Assembly: GCA_964421565.1 (NCBI GenBank)
Contig: CAYQXJ010000014.1
Location: forward strand, 20,690 to 84,689
Reading direction: 5' to 3'
Length of the DNA stretch: 64,000 nt
From: an uncultured candidatus Brocadiaceae bacterium
GTDB taxonomy: Bacteria > Planctomycetota > Brocadiia > SM23-32
A program made the position numbers and the translations under genes. How positions within the stretch are numbered: position 1 is the stretch's first letter; each line of letters opens with the position of its first letter. Positions 11,901 to 20,833 of the stretch are shown one piece after another. Below the pieces are notes generated by a model, which did not search any database, was not told the origin of the DNA, and was given only the letters and a program-made list of their open reading frames with translations.

Positions 11901-12269
11901 ATGCCGACGATCAATCAGTTGGTGCGCAAAGGCCGCGCCAAGCGCAAGAAGAAGACCAAGCGCCCCGACCTGGAAGAATGCCCGCAGAAGCGGGGCGTGT
12001 GCCTGTACGTGACCACCCGCACGCCGAGGAAACCGAACTCCGCCCTGCGGAAGATCGCCCGCGTGCGACTGAGCAACGGGCGCGAGGTGACCGCCTACAT
12101 CCCCGGCGAATCGCATAACCTGCAGGAGCACAACATCGTGCTGGTGCGCGGCGGACGCGTGCGCGACCTGCCGGGAGTGCGCTACCACATCGTGCGCGGC
12201 ACGCTGGACGCCATGGGCGTGCCCGACCGCCGACGGGGCAGGTCCAAATACGGCACGAAGAAGCCCTGA
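11901..12269 (+). CDS. rpsL: 30S ribosomal protein S12
   Basis: [25 protein letters not shown]. Confidence 0.98.
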   Translation: MPTINQLVRKGRAKRKKKTKRPDLEECPQKRGVCLYVTTRTPRKPNSALRKIARVRLSNGREVTAYIPGESHNLQEHNIVLVRGGRVRDLPGVRYHIVRGTLDAMGVPDRRRGRSKYGTKKP

Positions 12270-12295
12270 CGCCAGCCGCCCGGAAGGACGACCAG

Positions 12296-12775
12296 ATGGC
12301 CTTGAGATATGACTTCGACGACGAACACCTGAAGCCCGACCCCCGGTTCCGCAGCAACCTGGCCGGCAAGTTCATCAACTGCCTCATGCACGGCGGCAAG
12401 AAGAGCACCGCGCAGAGAATCTTCTACGACGCCATGGACGTAGTGGCCGACAGGCTCGGCGCCGATGAGCCCCTGGAGGTCTTCGAAGAGGCGCTCGGCA
12501 ACGTGGCGCCGATCATCGAGGTGCGCTCCCGCCGCATCGGCGGCATGACCTACCAGGTGCCTACCGAGGTGGACCTGAAAAGGCGCGTATCGCTGGCCAT
12601 CCGCTGGATGCTGGAAGCCGCCCGAAACAAGCGCGGCAGGCCGATGCACCTGCGACTCGCCGACGAGATACTGGACGCCTATCGCCGACAGGGCACCGCC
12701 TACGAACGGCGCGAGAACGCCCACAAGATGGCGGAGGCCAACCGGGCGTTCGCCCACTTCGGCCGCCGACGCTGA
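12296..12775 (+). CDS. rpsG: 30S ribosomal protein S7
   Basis: GKKSTAQRI, EVRSRRIGG, HKMAEANRAFAH. Confidence 0.97.
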   Translation: MALRYDFDDEHLKPDPRFRSNLAGKFINCLMHGGKKSTAQRIFYDAMDVVADRLGADEPLEVFEEALGNVAPIIEVRSRRIGGMTYQVPTEVDLKRRVSLAIRWMLEAARNKRGRPMHLRLADEILDAYRRQGTAYERRENAHKMAEANRAFAHFGRRR

Positions 12776-12792
12776 GCACCGAGTGTCGCCCA

Positions 12793-12840
12793 AACGGGCA
12801 GCCTGATTAGCCCCCAGCCGGGGCGCGCAGGCTGCCCGTT
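12793..12840. promoter_or_regulatory. Long hairpin between rpsG and fusA (attenuator or processing site)
   Basis: Perfect 13-bp inverted repeat AACGGGCAGCCTG (12793-12805) / CAGGCTGCCCGTT (12828-12840) enclosing a GCCCC/GGGGC inner stem; only a weak T tract follows. Confidence 0.55.
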
Positions 12841-12873
12841 CTGCATCAGCCGTCACCTATCAAACGACCAGCC

Positions 12874-14952
12874 ATGGACCTGCACAATCTGAGAAACATC
12901 GGCATCGCCGCCCACATCGACGCGGGCAAAACCACCGTCACCGAGCGCATACTCTACTACGCCGGCCGGCTCCACCGCATGGGCAGCGTCGATGAGGGCA
13001 CCGCCACCATGGACTGGAAGCCGCAGGAGCAGGAACGCGGCATCACCATCGTCTCCGCCGCCACGGCCTGCGATTGGAAGACCCCCCAGGACGGCAACGC
13101 CGCCCCCCGGAGCAACCCCTACCACATCAACATAATCGACACCCCCGGCCACGTGGATTTCACTGTCGAGGTCGAGCGCTGCATGCGCGTGCTGGACGGC
13201 GTGGTGGTGGTCTTCTGCGGCGTAGGGGGCGTGCAGGCCCAGAGCGAGACCGTCTGGCACCAGGCCGAACGCTACAACGTGCCCCGTATCTGCTTTGTGA
13301 ACAAGCTCGACCGGCTCGGCAGCGACTTCATGCGCGTCGTGCGGGAGATGCGGGAGCGCCTCGGCGCCAACGCCGTGCCCGTGCAACTGCCCCTCGGCTC
13401 CGACGCGGACCACGTCGGAGTGCTGGACCTTATCCGACGCGAGGCAGTCGTCTATGAGGATGAGTCGCTCGGGGCCAGGTACACCGTCACGGAAGTGCCG
13501 GAGGAACACCGGCAAGACGTCGAGGACGCCCGCGAGCGCCTTGTCGAGGCCGTCTGCGAAGAAGTCGACTGGATGGCGGACAAGTTCCTCGCCGAAGAGC
13601 CGATCACCGAGCGGGACATCATCCGCGGCATCCGCGAGGCGTGCATCGCCAACCGGCTCCACCCCGTCCTCTGCGGCGCCGCGCTGCGCAACCGGGGCGT
13701 GCAGCAACTGATGGACGCCATATGCGACTACCTGCCCAGCCCGCTCGAACTGCCCGCCGTGGTCGGGCACGAGCCGCAATCCGGCGACCTGGTGGAGCGC
13801 CACCCCGACCCGGAAGAACCGCTCAGCGCCATGGCGTTCAAGCTCCAGGCGGAGAAGCACGCCGACCTCTGCTACATACGCGTCTACAGCGGCGAGCTGC
13901 GGGAGCGGTCCCGCGTCTACAACGCCAACCAGGACACCATGGAGAACGTGGTCCAGCTCTACCTGATGCACGCCAACTCGCGCACGCAGGTCGAAAAGGC
14001 CGGCCCGGGCGCCATCGTGGCTGCCACGGGGCTGCGCTCCACGGCAACCGGCGACACCCTGTGCGACCGGCGCCAACCCGTCGTCTACGAGCGGATGATG
14101 ATACCGGAGACGGTCATCTCCATGGCGATCGAACCCCGCACACAGGCCGAGAAGGATAAGCTGAACGAGGCGCTGGATCGCCTGGGCCAGGAGGACCCCA
14201 CCTTCCGCCAGCACATGGACAGCCAGACAGGCCAGTTGCTCATCAGCGGCATGGGCGAACTGCACCTGGATATCATCCGCGACCGCCTGCTGCGCGAGTT
14301 CAACGTGGACGCGCGCATAGGCGAACCGCGCGTCAGCTACCGTGAGGGGCTGGAGGAAGCAGTCACCGTGAAGCAGACCTTCGAGAAGGAGCTGGAAGGT
14401 CGCCGCCAGTTCGCCCGGGTGGTGGTGCGGTTCGAGCCCGCCGACTGCGGATCGCAGCTCGAGTTCCGCAACGAGTGCCCGAAGGAGAAGCTCTCCCGTC
14501 AGTTCGCCCACGCGGTCGAGCAGTCCCTCACTCAGTCGTCCTCCGGCATGCTCTACGGCTTCCCGCTGATCAACGTGCGGGCCACGTTGCTGGACGCGGT
14601 GGCCCACCCCGTCGACTCCACCGAGCTGGCCTTCGAAGCAGCCGCCAGCATGGCCCAACGCCGCGCCCTCGAAGAGGGCGGCTGCCGGCTCTACGAGCCC
14701 TACATGCGCCTGGAGGTCGTCACGCCCGAGGAGAACATGGGCGACGTGATTAGCTTCATCAATAGTTGTCGCGGCGTCATTCATGATGTGGTCCAGCGCG
14801 AGAAACTGCGCGTCATCCGGGCTCAGGCTCCTCTGGCGGAGCTGTTCGGGTTTGCCACGAAGCTGCGATCGCTGACCCAGGGGCGGGGCACCTACAGTAT
14901 GGAACCGCTCGAGTACCGCCCCGCGCGCACGGACACGCTTGACTTCGCTTAG
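12874..14952 (+). CDS. fusA: Elongation factor G (divergent str-operon copy)
   Basis: AHIDAGKTT, ERGITI, DTPGH, NKLD, GMGELHL, LRSLTQGRG; domain IV loops are divergent. Confidence 0.93.
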   Translation: MDLHNLRNIGIAAHIDAGKTTVTERILYYAGRLHRMGSVDEGTATMDWKPQEQERGITIVSAATACDWKTPQDGNAAPRSNPYHINIIDTPGHVDFTVEVERCMRVLDGVVVVFCGVGGVQAQSETVWHQAERYNVPRICFVNKLDRLGSDFMRVVREMRERLGANAVPVQLPLGSDADHVGVLDLIRREAVVYEDESLGARYTVTEVPEEHRQDVEDARERLVEAVCEEVDWMADKFLAEEPITERDIIRGIREACIANRLHPVLCGAALRNRGVQQLMDAICDYLPSPLELPAVVGHEPQSGDLVERHPDPEEPLSAMAFKLQAEKHADLCYIRVYSGELRERSRVYNANQDTMENVVQLYLMHANSRTQVEKAGPGAIVAATGLRSTATGDTLCDRRQPVVYERMMIPETVISMAIEPRTQAEKDKLNEALDRLGQEDPTFRQHMDSQTGQLLISGMGELHLDIIRDRLLREFNVDARIGEPRVSYREGLEEAVTVKQTFEKELEGRRQFARVVVRFEPADCGSQLEFRNECPKEKLSRQFAHAVEQSLTQSSSGMLYGFPLINVRATLLDAVAHPVDSTELAFEAAASMAQRRALEEGGCRLYEPYMRLEVVTPEENMGDVISFINSCRGVIHDVVQREKLRVIRAQAPLAELFGFATKLRSLTQGRGTYSMEPLEYRPARTDTLDFA

Positions 14953-15019
14953 GCCCGGGCGTAGCCTGTCGCGTTGCTTTCCATTCGTACCTGGCACTCA
15001 GGAGCGCCGGAGGCCCCCC

Positions 15020-16864
15020 ATGAACCGCAGCACGTACCGCGTCACCTTTCAGCCCGAAGGGCGTAGTGTCTTCGTCCTCGGCGGCACCGCACTCGTGGAG
15101 GCCGCCGGCCAGGCCGGCATCATCCTCAACCAGCCGTGCGGTGGGGAGGGCGTCTGTGGCAAGTGCCGCGTCGAGGTGCTGGAGAATGCGCCGGCGCCCA
15201 CCGCCGCCGACCGCCGCCACATCAGCGAGGAGCAACTGGCCGAAGGCTGGCGGCTGGCCTGCCGGCTTTGCGTTGAGAGCGACATGGTCGTCACCGTGCC
15301 GCAGGAGACGCGTTTCTTCGAGCAGATGGTGCTCACCGAAGGCGAGGGCCGCCGTTACCCCTTTGCTCCATACCTGCGCAAACGTTTCGTCACTGTGCCG
15401 CAGGCGACCGTCGAGGATCAGCGCAGCCATCTGGACCGACTGAAGGCCGTCCTCCACGAGAACGGCCTTCGCGTTGAGCTGCCCCTGGTACGGCGTCTCG
15501 GGGCCATGATCGGCGACGGCGAGCGCGCACTGACCGTCGTGACCGAGGGCGACGAGATTCAATGGCTCGAAGACGGCGACACGACGGACGAGCTTTTCGG
15601 CGTCGCCTTCGATATCGGCACCACAACGCTCGCCGGCAGCCTGCTGGACCTCACGGACAGCAGCCACGCCGGCGTGCGCGCCGTGGCCAGCCGCACCAAC
15701 CCCCAGATACACTTCGGCGACGACGTGGTCAGCCGCATCAGCTACATTGGGAAGAACGCCGACGGGCTGGCCAGGCTGCGCCGTCGACTGCTGACGGCGC
15801 TGAATGAGATCATCCTTGAGCTCTGCGCCTCAGCGGGTATTGAGCCGGAGGGCATCTACGAAGCGACAGCGGTCGGCAACACCACCATGTCGCACATATT
15901 CCTGGATGTCGATCCGAGCTGCATCGGGCGCTCGCCGTACGTGACGGTGTTGCGCGAGGCGGTGGACGTGAAGGCCCGCGATGTGGGCATCGAGATCAAC
16001 CGGAACGCGAATCTGCACGTGTTGCCGAATATCGCGGGCTTCGTCGGCAGCGACACGGTGGCCCTTGTGCTGGCGAGTGGCATGTCGAGCGATGAGCCGA
16101 TCCAGCTTGGCATCGACATTGGCACGAACGGAGAGGTAGTCATCGGCAACCGGGACCGGCTGATCGCCTGCTCCTGTGCCGCCGGGCCCGCCCTGGAAGG
16201 CGCGCGCATCCGCTACGGCATGCGGGCGACCGAAGGAGCCATCAGCAAGGTGGTCATCAACGACGGCATCGAGGTCGGCGTCATCGGCGGCGGGCGTGCG
16301 GGAGGCATCTGCGGCAGTGGCCTTGTCGACGCCGTTGCCGAACTGCTCAACGCCGGCGTGATCGACGGCGGCGGCCGCATCCTGACCGGGGGTGCGTTGC
16401 CGGAGGGGCTGCCCGTGGGCGTGCGCGAGGCGGTCGTCGAGTTCGAGGACCAGCCGGCCGTGGCCCTGGTTGCTGCGGGCGAGAGCAAGATCGGCGGACC
16501 GATCCTGCTCACGCAGCGCGACATACGCGAAGTGCAGCTTGCCAAGGGTGCCATTCAGGCGGGGGTGATGGTGCTGGCCGAGGAGTTCGGCGTCGAGCTG
16601 CGCGACATATCGCGCGTGCTGGTGGCGGGCGGCTTCGGCAACTTCATTCGGCGCTCCAACGCGAAGCGCATCGGCCTGTTGCCCGACGTGCACAGCGATC
16701 GCATCGAGTATATCGGCAACGCCGCACTGACGGGGGCGAAGATCGCACTGGCCTGCCGCCAGTGCCGAGAGGAAGCGGAGAGCATCAGCCGTCGCACGCA
16801 GTATGTAGAGCTGGCCAATCGCCCGGACTTCCAGATGCACTTCATGGAAGCGATGACGTTCTGA
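15020..16864 (+). CDS. ASKHA-family ATPase with N-terminal 2Fe-2S domain (RACo/DUF4445, reductive activator of corrinoid proteins)
   Basis: CGGEGVCGKC...RLAC ferredoxin motif, DIGTTT, FGDDVVSRI, DIGTNGE, AAGPALEG, GICGSG, QLAKGAI, GNAAL. Confidence 0.9.
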   Translation: MNRSTYRVTFQPEGRSVFVLGGTALVEAAGQAGIILNQPCGGEGVCGKCRVEVLENAPAPTAADRRHISEEQLAEGWRLACRLCVESDMVVTVPQETRFFEQMVLTEGEGRRYPFAPYLRKRFVTVPQATVEDQRSHLDRLKAVLHENGLRVELPLVRRLGAMIGDGERALTVVTEGDEIQWLEDGDTTDELFGVAFDIGTTTLAGSLLDLTDSSHAGVRAVASRTNPQIHFGDDVVSRISYIGKNADGLARLRRRLLTALNEIILELCASAGIEPEGIYEATAVGNTTMSHIFLDVDPSCIGRSPYVTVLREAVDVKARDVGIEINRNANLHVLPNIAGFVGSDTVALVLASGMSSDEPIQLGIDIGTNGEVVIGNRDRLIACSCAAGPALEGARIRYGMRATEGAISKVVINDGIEVGVIGGGRAGGICGSGLVDAVAELLNAGVIDGGGRILTGGALPEGLPVGVREAVVEFEDQPAVALVAAGESKIGGPILLTQRDIREVQLAKGAIQAGVMVLAEEFGVELRDISRVLVAGGFGNFIRRSNAKRIGLLPDVHSDRIEYIGNAALTGAKIALACRQCREEAESISRRTQYVELANRPDFQMHFMEAMTF

Positions 16865-16879
16865 ACCCGTACATAACGA

Positions 16880-16902
16880 GGGCGGACCGCGACGGTCCGC
16901 CC
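16880..16902. terminator. Hairpin between convergent genes (probable terminator)
   Basis: GGGCGGACCG-CGA-CGGTCCGCCC, a 10-bp perfect stem just after the RACo stop; no long U tract. Confidence 0.5.
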
Positions 16903-16936
16903 GTGAAGCGCACACGTGACGCTGCCCTGGCGCCGG

Positions 16937-17281
16937 TCATTCGACGCGGATGGAGACCGATTTCTTCTCTTCGGTGATGTTGACCAGTTCGCCGGTGGCG
17001 CCCTCCTCGATCATCTCGACGATGAGCTCGGGGTCGATGCGGCCCAGCTTGCCCTCGGGTACCATCCGCAGGCCGGCTTCGGCCAGGGCGATGGGGATAC
17101 GCAGGTTGATGTAGGACTCCTCCCCCGTTCCCTCGATCACGGCGTTATGGTCGACGACGCAGATACACAGGTATCTTCTTTCGGCCACGGGTGTTGCTCT
17201 CCTCTCTCTGCGGGATGGCTTCTCCGGCTCGGGTTCCGACGGTCCCGACACCTCGAACGTCTCAAGCCCTTCGTCGCTCAT
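16937..17281 (-). CDS. Small conserved hypothetical protein (C-terminus resembles SHOCT-like/DUF2089-associated proteins)
   Basis: GGAGGGAG RBS; INLRIPIALAEAGL...IVEMIEEGATGELVNI...VSIRVE pattern; has its own candidate promoter. Confidence 0.6.
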   Translation of the reverse strand: MSDEGLETFEVSGPSEPEPEKPSRRERRATPVAERRYLCICVVDHNAVIEGTGEESYINLRIPIALAEAGLRMVPEGKLGRIDPELIVEMIEEGATGELVNITEEKKSVSIRVE

Positions 17282-17346
17282 GGTCTCCCTCCAGCTTACC
17301 TGCCGCTCTCGGCGGCCTGGGGTTGCGCGCTACGGTTCACGGAATC

Positions 17347-17413
17347 TTTATAGCCGAATACGGCGGGCTGTCAACCAAAAGCGTTGAAGATGCCGCCACT
17401 GACCACGTAGAAT
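17347..17413. promoter_or_regulatory. Back-to-back sigma70-type promoters
   Basis: Minus strand: TTGACA (17374-17369), 16 nt, TATAAA (17352-17347). Plus strand: TTGAAG (17384-17389), 18 nt, TAGAAT (17408-17413). Lies between divergent genes. Confidence 0.55.
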
Positions 17414-17448
17414 CCCTGTGCAGCGCCTCACTCAACGGTGAACCGCAC

Positions 17449-18231
17449 ATGGCAGACCGAACGGATGACCGCACACCTCGCAAGCGCCGCGCCAACGGGG
17501 GCTACCTGTATGCCAAGCGCAGCATTCGAGACGATTTCGAACTGTTAGACGCCAGCCGCCAGCGCCCTGACTTCACCCGCACGGACACCTGGCGCGTTTT
17601 CCGCATCATGAGCGAGTTCGTGGAAGGTTTCGAGCAACTGGCTGGCGTTGGCCCGGCAGTGAGCATCTTCGGCAGTGCGCGCGCTTTAGAGCAGGACAAC
17701 TACTATGAGGCCGCACGCCAGACGGCCCGCCTGCTGGCGCAGAAGGACATATGCGTCATCACCGGCGGCGGGCCGGGACTGATGGAAGCCGCCAACCGCG
17801 GGGCGAAGGAGGGAGGCGGCCATTCTGTGGGGCTCAACATCGAGCTGCCGCACGAGCAGGCGCCGAATGCCTACCTGGACACGATGCTCGAGTTCCACTA
17901 CTTCTTCGTCCGCAAGGTCATGTTCCTGAAGTACTCCGTCGGGTTCATCCTCTTCCCCGGTGGATACGGCACCATGGACGAGCTGTTCGAGTCCCTCACC
18001 CTGGTGCAGACCGGCAGGAACCGCAACTTCGGCGTCGTCCTTTACGGCAGCGACTACTGGCGGGGCCTCGTCGACTGGCTGATGGAGCCGATGCTCGCCC
18101 GCGGCTACATCTCGCCCGAAGATCGCGACCTTTTTGAGATAACTGACGAGCCGGCGCGGGCGGTCGAACGGATTGTCGAGCAGCTACACGCTGTTGCCGC
18201 AGAGGTCGCAAGCCGGCAGGCGGACTCGTAG
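17449..18231 (+). CDS. LOG-family (TIGR00730) nucleotide phosphoribohydrolase
   Basis: SIFGSAR, ITGGGPGLMEAANRGA, YFFVRK, PGGYGTMDE. Confidence 0.92.
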   Translation: MADRTDDRTPRKRRANGGYLYAKRSIRDDFELLDASRQRPDFTRTDTWRVFRIMSEFVEGFEQLAGVGPAVSIFGSARALEQDNYYEAARQTARLLAQKDICVITGGGPGLMEAANRGAKEGGGHSVGLNIELPHEQAPNAYLDTMLEFHYFFVRKVMFLKYSVGFILFPGGYGTMDELFESLTLVQTGRNRNFGVVLYGSDYWRGLVDWLMEPMLARGYISPEDRDLFEITDEPARAVERIVEQLHAVAAEVASRQADS

Positions 18232-18282
18232 AGCATGCGAGCCGGCTCCGGGCGGCGACGACTCACGGCAGGAGGGCCTGGA

Positions 18283-19146
18283 ATGCAGTTCGGGCTCAAC
18301 CTGATGCTCTTCGGCGACACGGTTACCGACGAGGTGATGAAGCGCCTGGATCTCGTGCGTCAGGCCGGCTATGACGGTGTGGAGGTGCCCGTCTTTGCCC
18401 CCGAGGCGCTCGACGCCGAGGGGGTGCGGCGCGCCGCCGAGAGCCGGGGGCTGGCCCTGACCGCCTCCGGCGCCCTGCCGCCCGGCAGCAGCCTGTGCGG
18501 GGGGCGGGCAGGCGCGCGTGCGCTGGCGGAACAGTACGTCCGCGGTGCGCTCCACGCCTGCGCCCGCATGGGGGCTACGGTCTTCTGCGGTCCGCTTTAC
18601 AAGCCCGTCGGCGAGACCGGCGGAGCGCTGACGCCCGCGCAACAACGCGAACAGGCCGGAGCGGCCCTCCGGCCCCTGGCCGCACAGGCCGCTCAGCTCG
18701 GAGTCAAGCTCGCCGTCGAGCCGCTCAACCGGTTCGAGACCGACGTGTTGAACACCGTCGCCGACGCCGTTGAGCTTGCGCGCTCTGTTGGCAGCCCCGG
18801 TCTGGGCTTGCTGCTCGACACCTTCCACATGCACATCGAGGAGAAGGACTCAGCCTCCGCCATCGGGGATGCCGCTGAGGCCGGTCTGCTGGCCCACTTT
18901 CACGCAAGCGAAAACGATCGGGGCGTGCCCGGCACGGGGCAGGTGGACTGGGAGGGCGTGGCCAGTGCGCTGTGGGCCTGTCAATACGAAGGCTGGGTCG
19001 TGCTGGAGACCTTCAACCAGCAGAACGAGGCCATCCGCCGGGCCGTCTCCTGCTGGCGGCCGTTCTATCCTGACGAGGCCCAGTACCTGCGCGATGGCCT
19101 GTGTTTCGCGAAATCTACCTTCCGCCCCAACCACAACACCGGATGA
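18283..19146 (+). CDS. Sugar phosphate isomerase/epimerase (D-psicose/D-tagatose 3-epimerase family)
   Basis: GYDGVE, EPLNRFET, LDTFHMHIEE, HASENDRG, LETF. Confidence 0.9.
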   Translation: MQFGLNLMLFGDTVTDEVMKRLDLVRQAGYDGVEVPVFAPEALDAEGVRRAAESRGLALTASGALPPGSSLCGGRAGARALAEQYVRGALHACARMGATVFCGPLYKPVGETGGALTPAQQREQAGAALRPLAAQAAQLGVKLAVEPLNRFETDVLNTVADAVELARSVGSPGLGLLLDTFHMHIEEKDSASAIGDAAEAGLLAHFHASENDRGVPGTGQVDWEGVASALWACQYEGWVVLETFNQQNEAIRRAVSCWRPFYPDEAQYLRDGLCFAKSTFRPNHNTG

Positions 19147-19182
19147 CGCGACGGCGGACTGGCGAGCGGCGCGTGCACAAAG

Positions 19183-19188
19183 TATAAT
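19183..19188 (+). promoter_or_regulatory. Candidate -10 element upstream of the FHA gene
   Basis: Perfect TATAAT in a GC-rich intergenic region about 100 nt upstream of the start; the -35 match is poor. Confidence 0.4.
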
Positions 19189-19288
19189 GTTGAGGCAATG
19201 GGCTCTGTCCCGGGCGGCAGCCTGGCGAGGCGTATCGACAGACCACGGCGACGCGCACGCTTCGCTGAGGATTGACACAGGAGGCGCC

Positions 19289-19783
19289 ATGCTCTTCCTG
19301 GTGTATCTGCCGAAGGGAAACGTTACCTCTTTCTCGCTCGCAGACGGCGAGGATGTGCTGCTGGGCCGGGACCCCGACCGTTGCGACATCAGCGTGATGG
19401 AGCCCTCCCTCTCGCGCGTGCACTGCAAGTTCACCGGCACCGGCTCCAGGGCGTGGCTGGAGGACCTGGGCAGCACGAACGGAACATTCGTCAACGACGA
19501 GCGCGTCGACATCGCGCTCGTGCAAAGCGGCGACACGATTCGCCTGGGCGAATGTCGCGTCGACGTGGCCATAGCCGGCACGGAGGGCAGACAGGCCGAG
19601 ACCGTTCGGCTCGGCCCTGCCGGAGCCCACGACCGCACCGTTGTCAGTTGGTCCGGTCAGGCGGGTGACCAGGTGGCGGAGCAAGAAGCTGACGACGAAC
19701 AGCGCGAAGGCGACAGTCGGCCCGGCGCCGCCAGCCCCAAACCGCGCTTCCCCTTCCTGCGCCACCACCGGCCCGGCTTCTGA
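19289..19783 (+). CDS. FHA-domain protein
   Basis: AGGAGG RBS; LGR..SRVH..DLGSTNGTFVN..GDTIRLG FHA signature followed by a low-complexity tail. Confidence 0.88.
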   Translation: MLFLVYLPKGNVTSFSLADGEDVLLGRDPDRCDISVMEPSLSRVHCKFTGTGSRAWLEDLGSTNGTFVNDERVDIALVQSGDTIRLGECRVDVAIAGTEGRQAETVRLGPAGAHDRTVVSWSGQAGDQVAEQEADDEQREGDSRPGAASPKPRFPFLRHHRPGF

Positions 19784-19816
19784 GCCGATTCGCCGGCGAC
19801 GTGCACCCGCCGGCGC

Positions 19817-20833
19817 TCATCCCGTGAGCCCTTGCAGGAACTGCAGCACGCAGCGGCCCAGGCCCTCCCGATCGTAGCCACCTTCCTGCACGACAAGGGT
19901 GGGCAGGCCGAGCCCGGCCACCATCTGCGCCATGCGTGCGAACCCGTCGGGTTCGATCTGGAACGTCCCGAGCCGGTCGTCGGCTCCGGTATCGGTGCCG
20001 AGGGACACGACCAGTTGGGCCGGTGCGTAATCGCAGATGGACTGCACGGCCCGTTCGAGCGCTTCCAGGTAAAGGGCCTCGTCGGCGTCGAGGGGCAGCG
20101 GCAGGTTCAGGTTGCAGCCCTCGCCCTCGCCGGCTCCGCGCTCATGCGTCCAGCCCCAGTGGTAGGGATAGGCCAGGTTGGGGTCGGCGTGCAGGGAAGC
20201 GTAGAGCACGTCGCCGCGCTCGTAGAGAATGTCCTGCGTGCCGTTGCCGTGGTGATAGTCGAGGTCGAGGACGGCCGCGCTGCCGCCCGGCGAAAGCCGG
20301 TCAGCGGCGAGGGCGGCGTTATTCAGGTAGCAGTAGCCGCCGCAGTAATCGCGCCCGGCGTGATGGCCGGGCGGACGGCACAGGGAGTATGCGCTCCGCT
20401 CGCCGTCCAGCAGCATCTCGGCGCCGGTCAGTGCGCAGGCGGCGGCAGCCCGCGCCGCCCGCCAGGTTCCGGCGACGATCGGGGTCTCGGAATCGAAGCA
20501 GTACCATCCCGAGAGGCGGGACATTTCGCGGGAGCGGCCGCGAACCCGTCGCAGAGGAAAGACATCGGCGATTACCCCCGAGGTCGGGCGGCGTGCCTCC
20601 ACCCACGCCGGGTACGCGCCGGCCAGCCAGGCCAGGTAATCGGGGCAGTGAACGGCGCCGAGCATGGCATCATCGCAAACGTGGGGCTCCACCACAGCGA
20701 AGCCCGCCTCGCGCAGCTTCTTCAGGATGGTCAGCGCCCGCGCCGGCTGCTCGGCGTACGGCACCTGTCGCCCCCGTGCGAAGCCGTAGGCCGGATCGTG
20801 AAGGCGGTGCGCATCGGAGTAGACAGCCTTCAT
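19817..20833 (-). CDS. Histone-deacetylase family protein (acetylpolyamine amidohydrolase-like)
   Basis: RPPGHHA, GGYCYLNNAA, DLDYHHGNGTQ, QEGGY; start MKAVYS overlaps the upstream stop codon. Confidence 0.9.
   Translation of the reverse strand: MKAVYSDAHRLHDPAYGFARGRQVPYAEQPARALTILKKLREAGFAVVEPHVCDDAMLGAVHCPDYLAWLAGAYPAWVEARRPTSGVIADVFPLRRVRGRSREMSRLSGWYCFDSETPIVAGTWRAARAAAACALTGAEMLLDGERSAYSLCRPPGHHAGRDYCGGYCYLNNAALAADRLSPGGSAAVLDLDYHHGNGTQDILYERGDVLYASLHADPNLAYPYHWGWTHERGAGEGEGCNLNLPLPLDADEALYLEALERAVQSICDYAPAQLVVSLGTDTGADDRLGTFQIEPDGFARMAQMVAGLGLPTLVVQEGGYDREGLGRCVLQFLQGLTG

Noticed and set aside
4162-14997. Very long antisense ORFs (1039, 1508 and 714 aa) opposite rpoB, rpoC and fusA, and similar ones opposite most other genes
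   Set aside because: These are shadow frames expected from high GC3 codon bias; they show no recognisable motifs and fully overlap well-supported genes.
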